Shown here: in pieces, positions 23,441-35,610 of the stretch
Layout: every line of letters starts with the position of its first letter
Position numbering within the stretch: position 1 is the first letter of the stretch
Assembly: GCF_018977255.1 (NCBI RefSeq)
Contig: NW_024705397.1
Coordinates: 1-48,301, forward strand
Reading direction: 5' to 3'
DNA length: 48,301 nucleotides
Source: Callorhinchus milii
Taxonomy: Eukaryota
Translations under genes and position numbers: made by a program
The notes under the pieces: model-generated
The model's database searches: none
What the model was told of the DNA's origin: nothing
The model's input: the letters and a program-made list of their open reading frames with translations, nothing else

Positions 23441-23802
23441 TAGTGTGTGTGCGTTTGACACTTCCTCTATAACCGTGGCTCCTGTCACCTCCCTTTTCTC
23501 CCAGCCTGGCGTCAAACTTTGCCTTTGTTAAGCGCTCTGAGACGCTACCTGGTGAAGGGCACTGTATGAATGTAAGCTGGTGTTGTGTGTAAACAATTCT
23601 AACCCCTCACTGGGTTTTTAATGACCTCGACAGATGACGTTTAATGTGGAGAAATACAAAGTGGTGCATTTTGTGAGGAAGAATGAGGAGAGGCGATATA
23701 AACTGATGGTACAGTCTTAAAGGGGGTGAAGGAACAGAGAGACCTGGGGGTCATATAGTAAATCTCTGAAGGTGGCCGGACAGGTAGATACAGCTGTTAA
23801 AA

Positions 23803-24021
23803 ATAATTAATAATCCCTCCAAAACCAAAAACAATAATAAAAATTGGTCATTTTCAATCTACGACTGTTTGTGGGACATTGCTGTGCGCAATTGGCTGCC
23901 GCGTTCGCCCACAAATATACAGTCAATTCACTTTACAGTGTGTTCTGTGAAGCGCTTTGGGACGTCCTCCCGACGGGAAAAGCGCTATATCAAATGCAAG
24001 GATTATTATTATTATTATTAT
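23803..24021 (+). mobile_element. 5'-truncated SINE (short subfamily, L2-type tail loop)
   Basis: gggacgtcctcccgacgggaaaagcgctatatcaaatgcaagg followed by (att)n. Confidence 0.85.
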
Positions 24022-24059
24022 TTTGGTTAGCAAAGCTTTGATAAGGAGTACTCTCACAG

Positions 24060-24166
24060 GATTACATATGAAGATGAAATGTCTGTCTGCGTGTCTGTCT
24101 GTGTGTCAATCTACATTCCATGTTGGATCCTTTGGTTGCAAGCAAACCTGTAACGGATACAGCTAA
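24060..24166 (+). mobile_element. Miniature Helitron derivative
   Basis: AAGATGAAATGTCTGTC matches the 5' end, and GGTTGCAAGC...AACGGATACAGCTAA|T the 3' end, of 31950-33534. Confidence 0.65.
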
Positions 24167-24173
24167 TATACTA

Positions 24174-25143
24174 TAATAATAATTACATTTGATATAGTGC
24201 CTTATCACGTCTTTGAAACATCTTAAAGCGCTTCACACAATATACTGTCAAGTGAATTGACTGTATATTGTCTGGGCAAAACCCAGCAGCCAATTGTGCA
24301 CTGCAGCGTCCCACAAACTTTCGTGGATTGATTGACCGAAATGTTTTTTTTTGAAGGGATTATTACCCCCAGAAAAGCGATCTGCCAATTGATTTAACAA
24401 CCGCTTTCCAACCTTACTGCTAGGTAAACAGAGGCATGTGGAGTAAGGAAACTTGCCCAAGGTTTTGTCCTGCCCGAGAATCGAACCCAGGCCCTCCCGC
24501 TTGTGAGGCAATTACTCTAACCACTAAGCTACAGGACTCCACAAGTATAGACTAACTATATATACTGTAAGTGTAGTGACTGTGCAGGTGCACATAGCAG
24601 GCAATTTGCACACAGCAACATCCCACAAACAGCCATGAAGTGAATGATCAATCTCATCACGGAAGTTTTGGTCAGGACACAAACAGAAACTCTGTTCTCT
24701 TTACGAATAGACCACGGGATCTTTAATGTCCTGCTGAACATCAACAACTTGTATTTACACAGCGCCCTTCACATGGGACAGTGTCTCAGACTGCATAATA
24801 ATAATTCTTGCATTTGATATAGTGCCTTAAGTCTTTGAGACAAGGCTTCTCAGAATATACTGTGACGTGAATGTTTTGTGGGTCAAACCCAGCAGCCAAT
24901 TGTGCACTGCAACATCCCACAAACTTTCGTGGATTAAGTGACCAAGTTATTTTTTTTCAAGGGATTGTTACCCCCGGAAAAGCGATCCACCAATTGACTA
25001 ACAACCATGTTCTTACTTTCTTCTAGGTAATGGAGGCGTGTGGAGCAAGGAAACTTGCCTAAGGTTTGGCCGTGCCCAGAAATCAAACTCACGTGCTCTC
25101 GCTTGCAAGGCGAATGCTCCAAACACTGTGCTACAGATCTCCA
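24174..25143 (-). mobile_element. Two SINEs (24174-24542, 24796-25143) flanking an older Deu-domain SINE fragment (~24560-24742)
   Basis: The middle piece reads (minus) ...acattaaagatcccgtgg...tgtttgtgggatgttgctgtgtgcaaattg, resembling the SacSINE1/AmnSINE1 Deu core as I recall it. Confidence 0.75.
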
Positions 25144-26299
25144 TGTAACAGTGACAGTGCTGGATGCTGAGCTGGGTAGAGGGGGAACATGTCCTCAGGT
25201 AGAGTCGAAGGGAAGGTCTTCAGATGTCATCTGGAAACAGGCAAAGAGAGGGCAAGGCGGCGCATTTGAGGCAGAAAGTTTTGGGATGCTGTGAAATCTG
25301 ATGGTGCAGTGGGCAGGTCAGAGAGAGAGCTGCCAGGGCATGAGGTGGTTTGTAAACAAGTGTGAGGATCTTGTGATCAATCCTTCCTAAAAGGGAGGCA
25401 GAGAAACCTGACAAAGACTGGGTTGATGGGGGTATGGAGTTTAGTGTGTGATGGGGAGCCAGTGGAGTCTGGCGAGGACTGGGGTGATGGTGGAAGGGAG
25501 TTGAGTGTGAGTGGTAGGGAGTCAGTGGTGCCTTGTGACACACAAGACGGAAAGCAACCCCGAGTTCAGCGATCCCCCCTCCTTTTATATTGTCCTAACT
25601 CCTCCCCTGTGCAATGTTTCCTACTGATACTTTTCTCCTCCATTTCCAATCTCTTCCCCTTTCAATGTATCAGCAAACTCCCCCTCCAGGACCATGTGTG
25701 TTTCCCACCTCTTTGGTTCAGTAACTCTCTCTCAGGTCACAGCTCGCCAAGGTTGTCCTCCCACTCTAAACTATATTTCGGTCCCTAGACCACACGTGCG
25801 ATTAAAGCGAAAGCGTCTTACTTTGCACAAAATCTCAATATATATATAGAATATCTACATTACCAACCTTAATAAAAGAATAATAATAGCGGTTAGAGCA
25901 CTCGCCTCACAAGCGGAGGACCTGGGTTCACCTCTGTTAACCGAGTAGTAAGATGTTTTTGAGACATCTCGAAGACGCGATAAGGCGATATATCAAATGC
26001 AAGAACTATTATATATTATTATAACTATCCTGAGATCTAATACTGTGCTGGTGACACTACCTCGGCAGCAGCACAGTTAATTTATCTCGGGGTAATTATG
26101 GAGTCCAAGTGCAGAATGTGTGAGTCAGTAAAAGCGTGGGTAAGTGTTGATTTTCAAGCTCATTTTAGCAGCTGCTGTGGGGAGTGTGCAGTTCTGAGCA
26201 GTGTCTGAAATGGGCATGCACCAATTATTACAGCTTTTAAACTGAGCTCAAGTGGCTCATAGAGAGTGAGTTACACTGAGCAACGTGGAGGAGGGAATG

Positions 26300-26420
26300 T
26301 GTATCAATGTGTATGTGTCTGTCTGTGTTTGTGTGTCTGTCTGCATGTGTGTCTGTCTCTGTGTGTGTCTGTCTGCATGTGTGTCTGTGTATGTGTGAGT
26401 GTCTGTGTGAGTGTGAGGCT
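26300..26420. repeat. (TG)/(TCTG) microsatellite
   Basis: Directly visible. Confidence 0.9.
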
Positions 26421-26734
26421 GTGTTTCACACTCATGCTGAGCTGCCCTAAAGGCTGTGTTGATGGTTGTCTCTGGCTGTAACCCAACCTGTGTGATTGAG
26501 GACCATTCAGCCCCACTTCAGCGTGTGTGCTGAATTTACTGGAGACTAAATGCTGGATGTTGTACGTGGCTCCCGCGGGTGCCTGAGGCTGAAAAGTGTT
26601 GTGTTATCAGTCACACTTACAGCCATGAGTGAGATTCCTGCCTTTCCCCCCCGGCTGGCTCTGTAACTGACAAAATAAAGAGTTTGGCCACTTGTCCCAG
26701 GACAATGTAGTGCTTTCTCCATATTTCTTCATTA

Positions 26735-27386
26735 ATATTAATAATAATCCTTGCATTTGATAAAGCACATTATCACATCTTCGAGACGTCTCAAAGAGCT
26801 TCACAGAATATACTGTAAAGTGGAGTAACTGTCCATTTGATAATGCTAATTATACAGTCAATTCACTTTACAATATATTTTGTGAAGCGCTTTGAGACGT
26901 CTCAAAGATGTGGTGAGGCGCTATATCAGATGCAAGGATTATTATTAATATTATTAATGCTAATCTCAGAATCTCCTGTTGATGAAATAGGGGAAGACAG
27001 CGAGCACTCCCAGAAAAAGAAGTCCTGTAGCTCAGTGGTTGGAACACTTGCTCCAGAGGACCCGGGTTCAATTCCCAGGTGGGCGAAACGTTGGGCAGGT
27101 TTCCTTACACCACACGTCTCTGCTTACCAAGCAGTAAGTGGGAACCCGGTTGTTAAAACGATTGATGGATTGCTTTTCCGGGGGTAGTAATCCCTCCAAA
27201 AATAAAAAAGGTTTGGTTGCTCAATCCTCAACTGTTTGTGGGAAACTGCTGTGCACAGCTGGCTGCCGCTTTTCGGATTTCACATATTAGAGTCACTACA
27301 CTTTGCAGCATTATCCTGTGAAGCACTTTGAGGCGTCTCGATGACATGATAAGGTGTTATATCAAATGCAAGGATTATTATTATTA
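26735..27386. mobile_element. Two opposed SINE tail fragments plus a full + SINE (27020-27386)
   Basis: SINE motifs. Confidence 0.8.
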
Positions 27387-27419
27387 ATAAAAGGCCATGG
27401 GCGGCTCTTGTTCTGAGGC

Positions 27420-27778
27420 AGAGGCAAGCCATAGCAACCTTTCCACTCCCTCTGCTCAGTGGGCTCCGGCCTGCTCCACGTCCCCCGCCCAGCCCACTCC
27501 ACCATTGGCAGTCGAGCCTTCAGCCTCCCTGCTCCCAACCTCTGGAATTCCATCCCACAGTCCCTTCGCCTCGCTCCATCACTTGCCTCCTTCAAGGTCA
27601 TCTCAAGACCCTCCTCTTCCACCGCACATTTGGTCACCCTCCTACCCACACCCTCCCCGCCCTCCACACCTCCTGATCCACACGCAGCTCGGGTCCAAAT
27701 CTCCAACTGTCCAGTGCCTTGGGACATCCTCCCGACGAGAAAGGCTCCGTGTAAATGCAATACATTGTTGGACAGGAA
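27420..27778 (+). mobile_element. L2 3' fragment
   Basis: SGLLHVPR..STIGSRAFS..AP.LWNSIP and an L2 tail. Confidence 0.8.
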
Positions 27779-28047
27779 TAGGAGCAGGAGGAGAGCCTGG
27801 GGGCCCCTCAGCCCCGGGCCCCTGGCTCCTCACAGCCAGGGTCAGACGCCCACCAATCAGGATCCTGGGGCCTGAGGCCAGCGAGCGGTACTGGGCTGGC
27901 ATTAATGGTGAGAGAGAACAGATCTCGCTCGTAAAGTGTCAGAGAGATTGATGTCTGGCCTCACACCGTGAGCGAGGTGTCTGTGGGCACGCGGAGGCTG
28001 TTTAACTGTGCAGTGAGACTGTGACGTGCAGAATGTTTCTGAGACAC

Positions 28048-28060
28048 GTTGTCTAGCAAC
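28048..28060. promoter_or_regulatory. RFX X-box-like palindrome
   Basis: GTTGTCTAGCAAC inside ACGTTG-TCTAG-CAACGT, in a non-repetitive CpG-richer stretch. Confidence 0.35.
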
Positions 28061-28157
28061 GTGGCCGGGAGGGCAAGGACTGCGTGAATCATCTTCAGTG
28101 AAACACGCCTCAGGCTGAACTCCTCACCTCACCACAGTCACACTGCAGACACACACA

Positions 28158-29615
28158 CCTGTAGTTTAGTGGTTAGTGCGCTCGCAAGAACAAGGACCTA
28201 GGTTTGATTCCCACGCAAGGCAAAACCTCAAGCAAGTTTTCATACTCCACACACATGCCTATTTACCTAGCAGTAAGTAGGAACCCGGTTGTTAGTCAAT
28301 TGGCGGATCGCTTTCCAAGATAGTAATCCTTCAAACAATAATAATAAATTGGGTTACTCAAGCTACAACTCTTTACGAAACACTGTGGTCCACAATTGGC
28401 TGCCGCATTTTGCCCTCCAAATATACAGTCGCTGCACTTTACAGTCTATTCTGTGATGCACTTTGAGACGTCTCGAAGATGTGATAAGGCGCTGTATCAA
28501 ATACAAGGATCATTATTATTATATAGACCCGAAAACAGAAATATACAACTTATATCTGCACCTCCCCCTACACCAGGACAGCTAAACTCCCCTCTTTTGA
28601 CTGGTGCCCCTGGATTTTTAACGTTTAACAGGGAGATGGGACCTCGGTTTAACATCATCCAAATCATGCCGCCTTCCAATGATGCAGCGCTCCCCAGCAC
28701 TTCGCTGGAGTGTCAGCCTGAACCCTGAGCTCAAAGGCCTAACTTGAGGTTTAACTCATAAGTTTCCCACTTGGAGGTGAGAGTGTGAGTGACTGAAGTT
28801 CTGCCATGTAGAATAATAATAATAATCCTTGCATTTGATATAGCGCTTTTCACATCTTCTCGACGTCCCAAAGCGCTTCACAGAATATACTGTAAAGTGA
28901 ATTGACTGTATATTTGTGGGCGAACGCGGCAGCCAATTGCGCACAGCACTGTCCCACAAACAGTCGTGGATTGAAAATGACCAATTTATTATTGGTTTTG
29001 GTTTTGGAGGGATTATTATTAGGCTCTGTGTGGGTGGAGTAAGGAAACTTGCCCGAGGTTTGGCCCTGACCCCCCGGGGATTGAACTCAGGTCTCTCAGA
29101 AAGTGAATAGCGAGTGCCAGAGCATCAGAATAAGCAGCAGCAGTGAGCATAAAGTTCAGGGAGCGGGCGTGAGGAGGTGACGGGCGTGTGGACAGCCAGT
29201 CAGACAGGGAAAGTGGAGTTCTGTAGTTTAGTGGTTAGACTGCTTGCCTCACAAGCAAGAGGACCCGGGTCTGAATCCCAGGCAGGGCAAAACCTTTGCA
29301 ATTTTCTTTACTCCACACTAGCAGCAAGCAGGATCCCAGTTGTTACGTCAATTAGCAGAGCGCTTCTGGAGGTAATAATTCTTTTTAAAAAAATGATAAT
29401 TCGGTCACTCAATCCACGACTGTTTGTGGGACACTGCTCCTCGCAATTCACTCAATCCACGACTGTTTGTGGGACACTGCTCCTCGCAATTGGCTGCCGT
29501 GATTCACTCACAAAACACACAGTCACTACACTTTACAGTTTATTCTGTGAAGTGCTTTGAGATATCACGAAGACGTGATGAGACGCTATATCAAATCCAA
29601 GGATGATTATTATTA
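28158..29615. mobile_element. SINE cluster: + 28158-28520, old Deu-SINE 5' half (-) ~28560-28800, - 28812-29100, + 29213-29615 (43-bp internal duplication 29405-29490)
   Basis: SINE motifs; gggacctcggtttaacatcatcc resembles the Deu core. Confidence 0.78.
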
Positions 29616-31019
29616 TATATATTATGGACACGTTCCTCGAGTTAATGAACACTGGTTGTGGCTTCCTTAATTTACCCAAATCATGGAATTGGCAGCGACT
29701 ATTAACGGCAACGCATCTGGTTCCCATCACACACTGTTTATAGCTTCTCTTTATTAGCTGACAGTTTTGTTGTGGTTGTGTTCATGGTGTGAGACGTGGC
29801 TTTGATCTGCTCTTATTTCACAAAGTTCAGCACTTGGTGACAGGGCGTGCTCTCACGGTTGAGAAACTCTCTGAGAATTAATTTACTTTCACAATTCCAG
29901 ATATCCTTCCACCCCCTCACTCTGTTCCACAGGGGCACAGGGATGGAGGCTGGGTTTGGGTAGAGATGGAGGGAGGTGGGTTGGGGAGATACAGAGGCTT
30001 GGGGGATGGGGAAGAGATGGAGGGAGAAAGGCAGTGGAGGGTTGAAGAGGAGTAACTGAGACTCAGCACGTGGATTGTAAGGCTGGATGTCAGTCAGGAT
30101 GTGAAGCGCTTTGAGATGTCCGGAGTTGGTTGGAGGGACATGTTACAATGGAATCCAGAGAGATCCCGCTGGGTGGAGGTCAGGACAGGGAGCTGTGAGA
30201 GCGCCTGTCTGGCTGGGCTGAGCTGATACAGGAATGTAATATACACAGCACATCAGCCAGTGGCTGTTCTACCTACAATGATAGATTACCTTAATAAAAA
30301 ACTGCAATTCATACACGTTTTGAATCACTTCACACTAAGGACAGGCCTCGGGGTGTGTATGTATGTGTGTATGTGGAGCAGGCGTGAGACTGAGGGGTCC
30401 TGAGGGTGGGCGCAGGGTGAGTGCGGGCAGGCAAAGGGGGTTGCCAGCCCTGAGAGTGGAGCGGGGCTGATGGTGGGGGCAGCTCCTCATTCCTCACGGT
30501 TATAGCCTGGCTCCTCATGGCCTGAACTTTCTCTTCGACCATGCCTAAGGCCACCTTGCCTGTCGCCCAAACTCGGTGTCAGGCTCCATCACTGTTAATC
30601 ACACTGAGACGCTCGCTACCCCTCGTGAAGGGTGCTACAAAATACACGTTGTTGTTGCTGTTGTTATATGTCCAACTGGTGACTATTTGGTGGGGGGGGA
30701 GCAGAGCTTTCGGCAACAGAATATCAGAATTTGGTAAGCAGGAAGCATCCCTCCGCGAAGAGAGTGCACATTCCATTCCCAGACATGGGGAGATTTCCAT
30801 GCGGCTCCGGCAGTGTCCGCGATCTCTGTGTGTTTCTCCCGGTTACAGACTGCTGCAGTTAGGAGAGATCTGACATTAGGAGTTTATTGTCTGTGTAAAA
30901 TACTGCGGAGAATGTTCACTGGTAAAATAATAAACAGCTGTCACACGGCCCAGCCAAGGGTGTGTGGACAGTCTGCAGCTCGCTACCCGTGGACATCTTA
31001 CTCTGCCCTCTCCCCGCAG

Positions 31020-31350
31020 CTAATAATACTAATCCTCAAAGTGCTTCACAGAATATATCTTGAAGTGTAGTGACTGTATATTTTGTGGGCGAAACGCGGC
31101 AGCCAATTACGCACAGCAGTGAGTGTCCCACAAACAGTCGTGGATTGAGTGACCAAATTACAATTTTTTTGTGTGTGTTTATTTCCCCTGGAAAGCAATA
31201 TGCCAAACGGCTAACAACCGGGTGCTTACTTACTGCTGGGTAAACAGGCATGTGTGTGGAGTAAGGAAACTTGCCCAACTTGTCCTGGAATTGAACTCAG
31301 GTCCTCTTGCTTGCGAGACGAGTGCTCTAACCACTAAACTACAGGACTTT
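31020..31350 (-). mobile_element. tRNA-headed SINE (long subfamily)
   Basis: Head and body motifs. Confidence 0.82.
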
Positions 31351-31509
31351 ACTATAATACAAGGCAATAACTAGCCAACTGATAGTGACTGAATCTCCAG
31401 CCCTGTTCTGTGCACAGCATAAAACTTCATTCGCCATCACCCAACCTCAGACAACAACAACAAATTACAATTGTACAGTGCCTTTCACGTCAGAGGACGT
31501 CCCAGAGAG

Positions 31510-31850
31510 GAGAGAATCAGTGAGACACAGACACAGATACAGACACAGAGTGAGACAGACACAGTGACTCAGACCAGAGACACCCAAACAACCACAGACA
31601 CACAGAGAGAGACTGAGACACAGAGAGAGACACTGAGAGAATTAGAGACACAGAGAGATGGAGACACAGAAGGAGACATAGACACAGGGAGAGTCACAGA
31701 CACAGAGAGGCACAAAAAGGGACACAGACACAGAGAGACACAGATACAGTGACACAGAGAGAGAAAAACAGACTCAGAGGGAGACACAGACATAAAGAGA
31801 CACAGCTACAGAGACACAAAGAGAGAAACAGCGACAGATAAATACAGCCC
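31510..31850. repeat. GA/CA-rich low-complexity tract
   Basis: gagacacaga-type repeats. Confidence 0.88.
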
Positions 31851-31949
31851 TGATAACAGCCCTGGGGCTACACAGTCCAGGTGGAGTCTGTGTTGCTGCG
31901 TAAATGCTGCGCCCAGAAACCAGCCGCTTAGTTTATTCCAAAATCTCCA

Positions 31950-33534
31950 TCTATACTAATAAAGATGAAATGTCTGTCAGTTTGTCTGTGTGTCTGCCAA
32001 GGACGCAATAACTGATTAACATATAGAAATGATTTATACTACATCGGAAAGGGCTTGCATGGGAGAGTGTTATGGGCATATTTTTTCAGGGATTTTTTTC
32101 AGCATATTTTCAATTTTTTATTGTGCCCTAAACAAGCTCATGTGTGCACTCCAACAAGGAGAACTCCCAACACGAGTCCTCCCACAGGAGTCCTGTCAAC
32201 CAGGATTCTTCCCAAAAGAGTCCTCCCACTAATACTTATAAACAAAATAGAAACCCATGGTATTAAAGGGACTGCGGAAACATGAATCCAGAACTGGCTC
32301 GGAGACAGAAAGCAGAGAATGGTTGCTTTTCTGACTGGAAGGAGGTGTGTAGTGGTGTCCCTCAGGGGTCGGTACTGGGACCACTGCCCTTTCTGATCTA
32401 AATTAATGAAGCTGGACACATGGAGCACAATTTCCAAATTTGCAGACAATACTAAGCTAAGAAAAGTAGCTAATGGTGAGGAGGATAGCACCAGACTCCA
32501 AGAGGACTTAGACAGATTGGTAAAATGGGCAGAAAGGTGGCAGATGAGGTTTAATGCAGAGAAATGCTGCATTTTGGTAGGAAGAATGAGGAGAGACAAT
32601 ATAAGATGATGGTACAATCTTATGGGGGGTAAAGGAGGTCCACATAAGCAAATCTCTGAAGGTGGCCGGACAGGTAGATAAAGCTGTTAAAAAAAGCATG
32701 AAGGACACTAGGCTTTATAAATGGGGGCATAGAATATACAAGTCAGGAGGTTGTGTTGAATATTTATAAAATGCTGTTAGGCCTCAGTTGGAGACTGAGT
32801 TCAGTTCTGGGCACCGCACTTTAGGAAAGATGTTCGGGTATTGGAGGGGGTGCAAAGCAGGTTTACCCGGATGGTACCAGGAATGAAGGATCTTCGTTAT
32901 GAGGAGAGGTTAGCGAAACTAGGATTATTCTCCCCAGAGCAGAGAAGATTAAGAGGGGATTTAATAGAGGTTTTAATAGAGAGGATTTGATAGGTTGAAC
33001 CAGAAAAAACTGTTCCCACTGTCATGTGGGTCAGTAACCCGAGGAAACCGATTTAAGTAGTTGTGAAAAGAAACCGTGGGGAGGTTAGGAAAAAAAATTT
33101 CACCAGCGAGGTGTTGGGATTTGGAATGCATTCCTTGAAAGGGTATTGGAAGCCGATTCATTAATAACTTTTAAGAGAGAAGTAGATGGTATTTGGGGAG
33201 GACAGGATTACAGGGCTATGGGGAGAAAGCGGCCGGTGGCATTGAGTTGGAAGCTCTTTTAGGAGCCGACGCAGACAGAATGGGCCGAATGGCTTCTTTC
33301 TGTGTTGTATTATTCTATGATTCTAAGTCCTTCCAACAGGAGTCCGCCCAAAAGGATGTGTGTGCAAATATGTGAACAAAGGTTGCTAACAAGAGTACAT
33401 TTTCTTAATCTTAAGGGATAAAGATGCTTAAGAAGTGAAGATCAAGACTTTCAAGGAAAAATAAAAATACCAGATGAAAGGGAGGTTGATTGGATGAAAT
33501 TGGTTGCAAGCGTAGTTGCAACGGGTACAGCTAG
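31950..33534 (+). mobile_element. Non-autonomous Helitron with both termini, carrying a nested CR1
   Basis: A|TC 5' end, CTAG|T 3' end, hairpin GTTGCAA-gcgtag-TTGCAAC (33503-33522) 8 nt before CTAG, no TSD. 5' ~150 nt homologous to 19871 onward. Confidence 0.88.
32238..33325 (+). mobile_element. CR1 3' part nested in the Helitron
   Basis: STISKFADNTKL...LQEDLDRLVKWAERWQMRFN and an attctatgattct tail. Confidence 0.9.
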
Positions 33535-33809
33535 TATATAATAATGATAATAATCCTTGCATTTGATGTCATGCCTCAACACACGTATGTGTGTGTGTGT
33601 GTGTGTGTGGGGGGGGGGCGGGTGGAGAGGAAGAGAACGAGGGAGAGAGTGTCGGGAGACAGAGATGGAGAGGGGGAGAGAGAGAGGAGGGAGGGGTGAA
33701 TGAAGAAAGGTAGAGAGACAGCGAGCAGGGAGAGAGACAGAGAGAGGGGGTGAGAGACAAAGGGGAGAGAGACAGCAGATGACATTTAGTGCAGGAGAGG
33801 CTGTAAGAT

Positions 33810-35610
33810 CATAAAATCATAGAATGATAGAATTATACAGCACAGAAGGAGGCCATTCGGCCCATCGTGTCTGTGATGCTTCTTGAAAAGAGCTTCCAAA
33901 TCAACCCCACCCCCCCACTCTCCCCATAGCCCTGATCAACCCCACTCCCCCACTCCCTCCCCATAGCCCTGATCAACCCCACTCCCCCTCTCTCCCCATA
34001 GCCCTGATCAACCCCACTCCCCCGCGCTCTCCCCATAGCCCTGATCAACCCCACTCCCCCCCTCTCTCCCCATAGCCCTGATCAACCCCACTCCACCGCG
34101 CTCTCCCCATAGCTCTGCAAACTTTTCCTCCCCAAATAATTATCTGCTTCTCTCTTCGAAGTTGTTATCTAATCGCCTTCCACTGGCCTTTCAGGCAACG
34201 CATTCCAGATCCCAACAACTCGCTGTGTAAAAACACTTCTCCTCCCCTCTGTTTCTTTTAACAACTATTTTAAACCAGTGTCCTCGGGTTACCAACCCAC
34301 CCGCCAGTGGGAATAGTTTCTCCTTGTTCACCCTCATAATTTTTGTTTTATTTAAATATTCAGCATAACCTCCTGACTTGTGTATTCTATGCCCCTATTT
34401 ATAAACCCTAGTGTCCCTAATGCTTTTTTAAAAGCTTTGTCTACCTGTCCTGCCACCTTCAGAGGTTTTCTTATGTGGACCCCCAGGTCTCTCTGTTCAT
34501 TTACCCCCTTTAAGATTGTACATCAGTTTATGTTGCCTCTCCTCATTCTTCCTCCCAAAATGCAACACTTCACATTTTTTCACATTAAATCTCATCTGCC
34601 ACATTTTTGTTCCCAGATTATAGTCTCCAGACGTTTCCCCACTACTGACATTAGTCTGACTGGCCGTAGCTCCCGGGTTTATCCTTCTGCCCTATTTGTA
34701 CAGGGGAGTAACATTTGCAGCCCTCCAGCCCTCTGGCACCAGCCCCGGTGTCCAAGGAGGATTGAAAGATTGTGGCCGGAGCCTCCACTATTTACACCCT
34801 CACTTCCCTCAAGTTACTACTTAGGATGCAGCCTGTCCGGACGGTGTGACTTATCTATCTTGTGCACTGTCAACCTTTTTAGTCCTTCCTCTCAGTTTAT
34901 TCTTATCTTATACAATTTCTCTCCCCTCTCCTCCAATACAGTGGCATTGGCTGCATCTTCTTCTTTTGTGAAGACAGATGCAAAGTCATTCAGTATGTCA
35001 GCCGCGCCCTCTGAAGATTTCCTCTTTGGTCCCTAATTGTCCCCACCCTAACTTTGACTAACTTTTTATTTTTTATATGCTTATAAAATACCTTAGTGTT
35101 TTCCTTTTATGTTACCTGCTAATCGTTTCTTATACAATCTCTTTGCCCCTCTTGTTTCCTTTTTCAGTTCTCGTCTGTATTCTCTATATTCTATTTGATA
35201 ATCTTCTGTATTTTGAACCTGACATTTATCATAAACCTCCCTTTTCCTGTTTTATTTTAATCCCAATTTTGTTATTTATCCAGGGAGGTTTGGATGCCCT
35301 CCTTTCCCCTTTGTGAGAATGTATTTGTTCTGTCCTCGAACTATCTCCTCCTTGAAGGCTTCCCATTGCTCGTTAGCTGTTTACTGCCAATCTTTCTCTC
35401 CAGTCCACCATGGTCAGGTCCTTTTTAACTCACTGAAATTAGTCTTTTCCAGTTGAGTATCTTCTCCTTTGATTGTCCCTTTCCATAAGTTCTCTAAACC
35501 TAATGATGTTGTGATCACTGATGTCCAGATGCTCTCCCACTGAAACCTGCTCCACTTGCCCCACTTCATATCCCAGAACTAGATCCAGCACTGCTTCCTT
35601 CCTCGTTGAG
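33810..35610 (-). mobile_element. CR1 ORF2 remnant with a 6-unit copy of the 37-bp minisatellite (33900-34117); EN part continues ~36100-36362
   Basis: R.EAVLDLVL...VGEHL..SDHNIIRF (APE domain end). Inverted match to positions 1-1230. Confidence 0.88.

Noticed and set aside
26098..26145. Plus-strand mini-exon MESKCRMCESVKAW|gtaagt
   Set aside because: No downstream partner exon or homology; within chance expectation for GTAAGT.
30330..30660. Minus-strand ORF MALGMVEEKVQAM
   Set aside because: Overlaps a degenerate L2 3' end; no recognisable protein.
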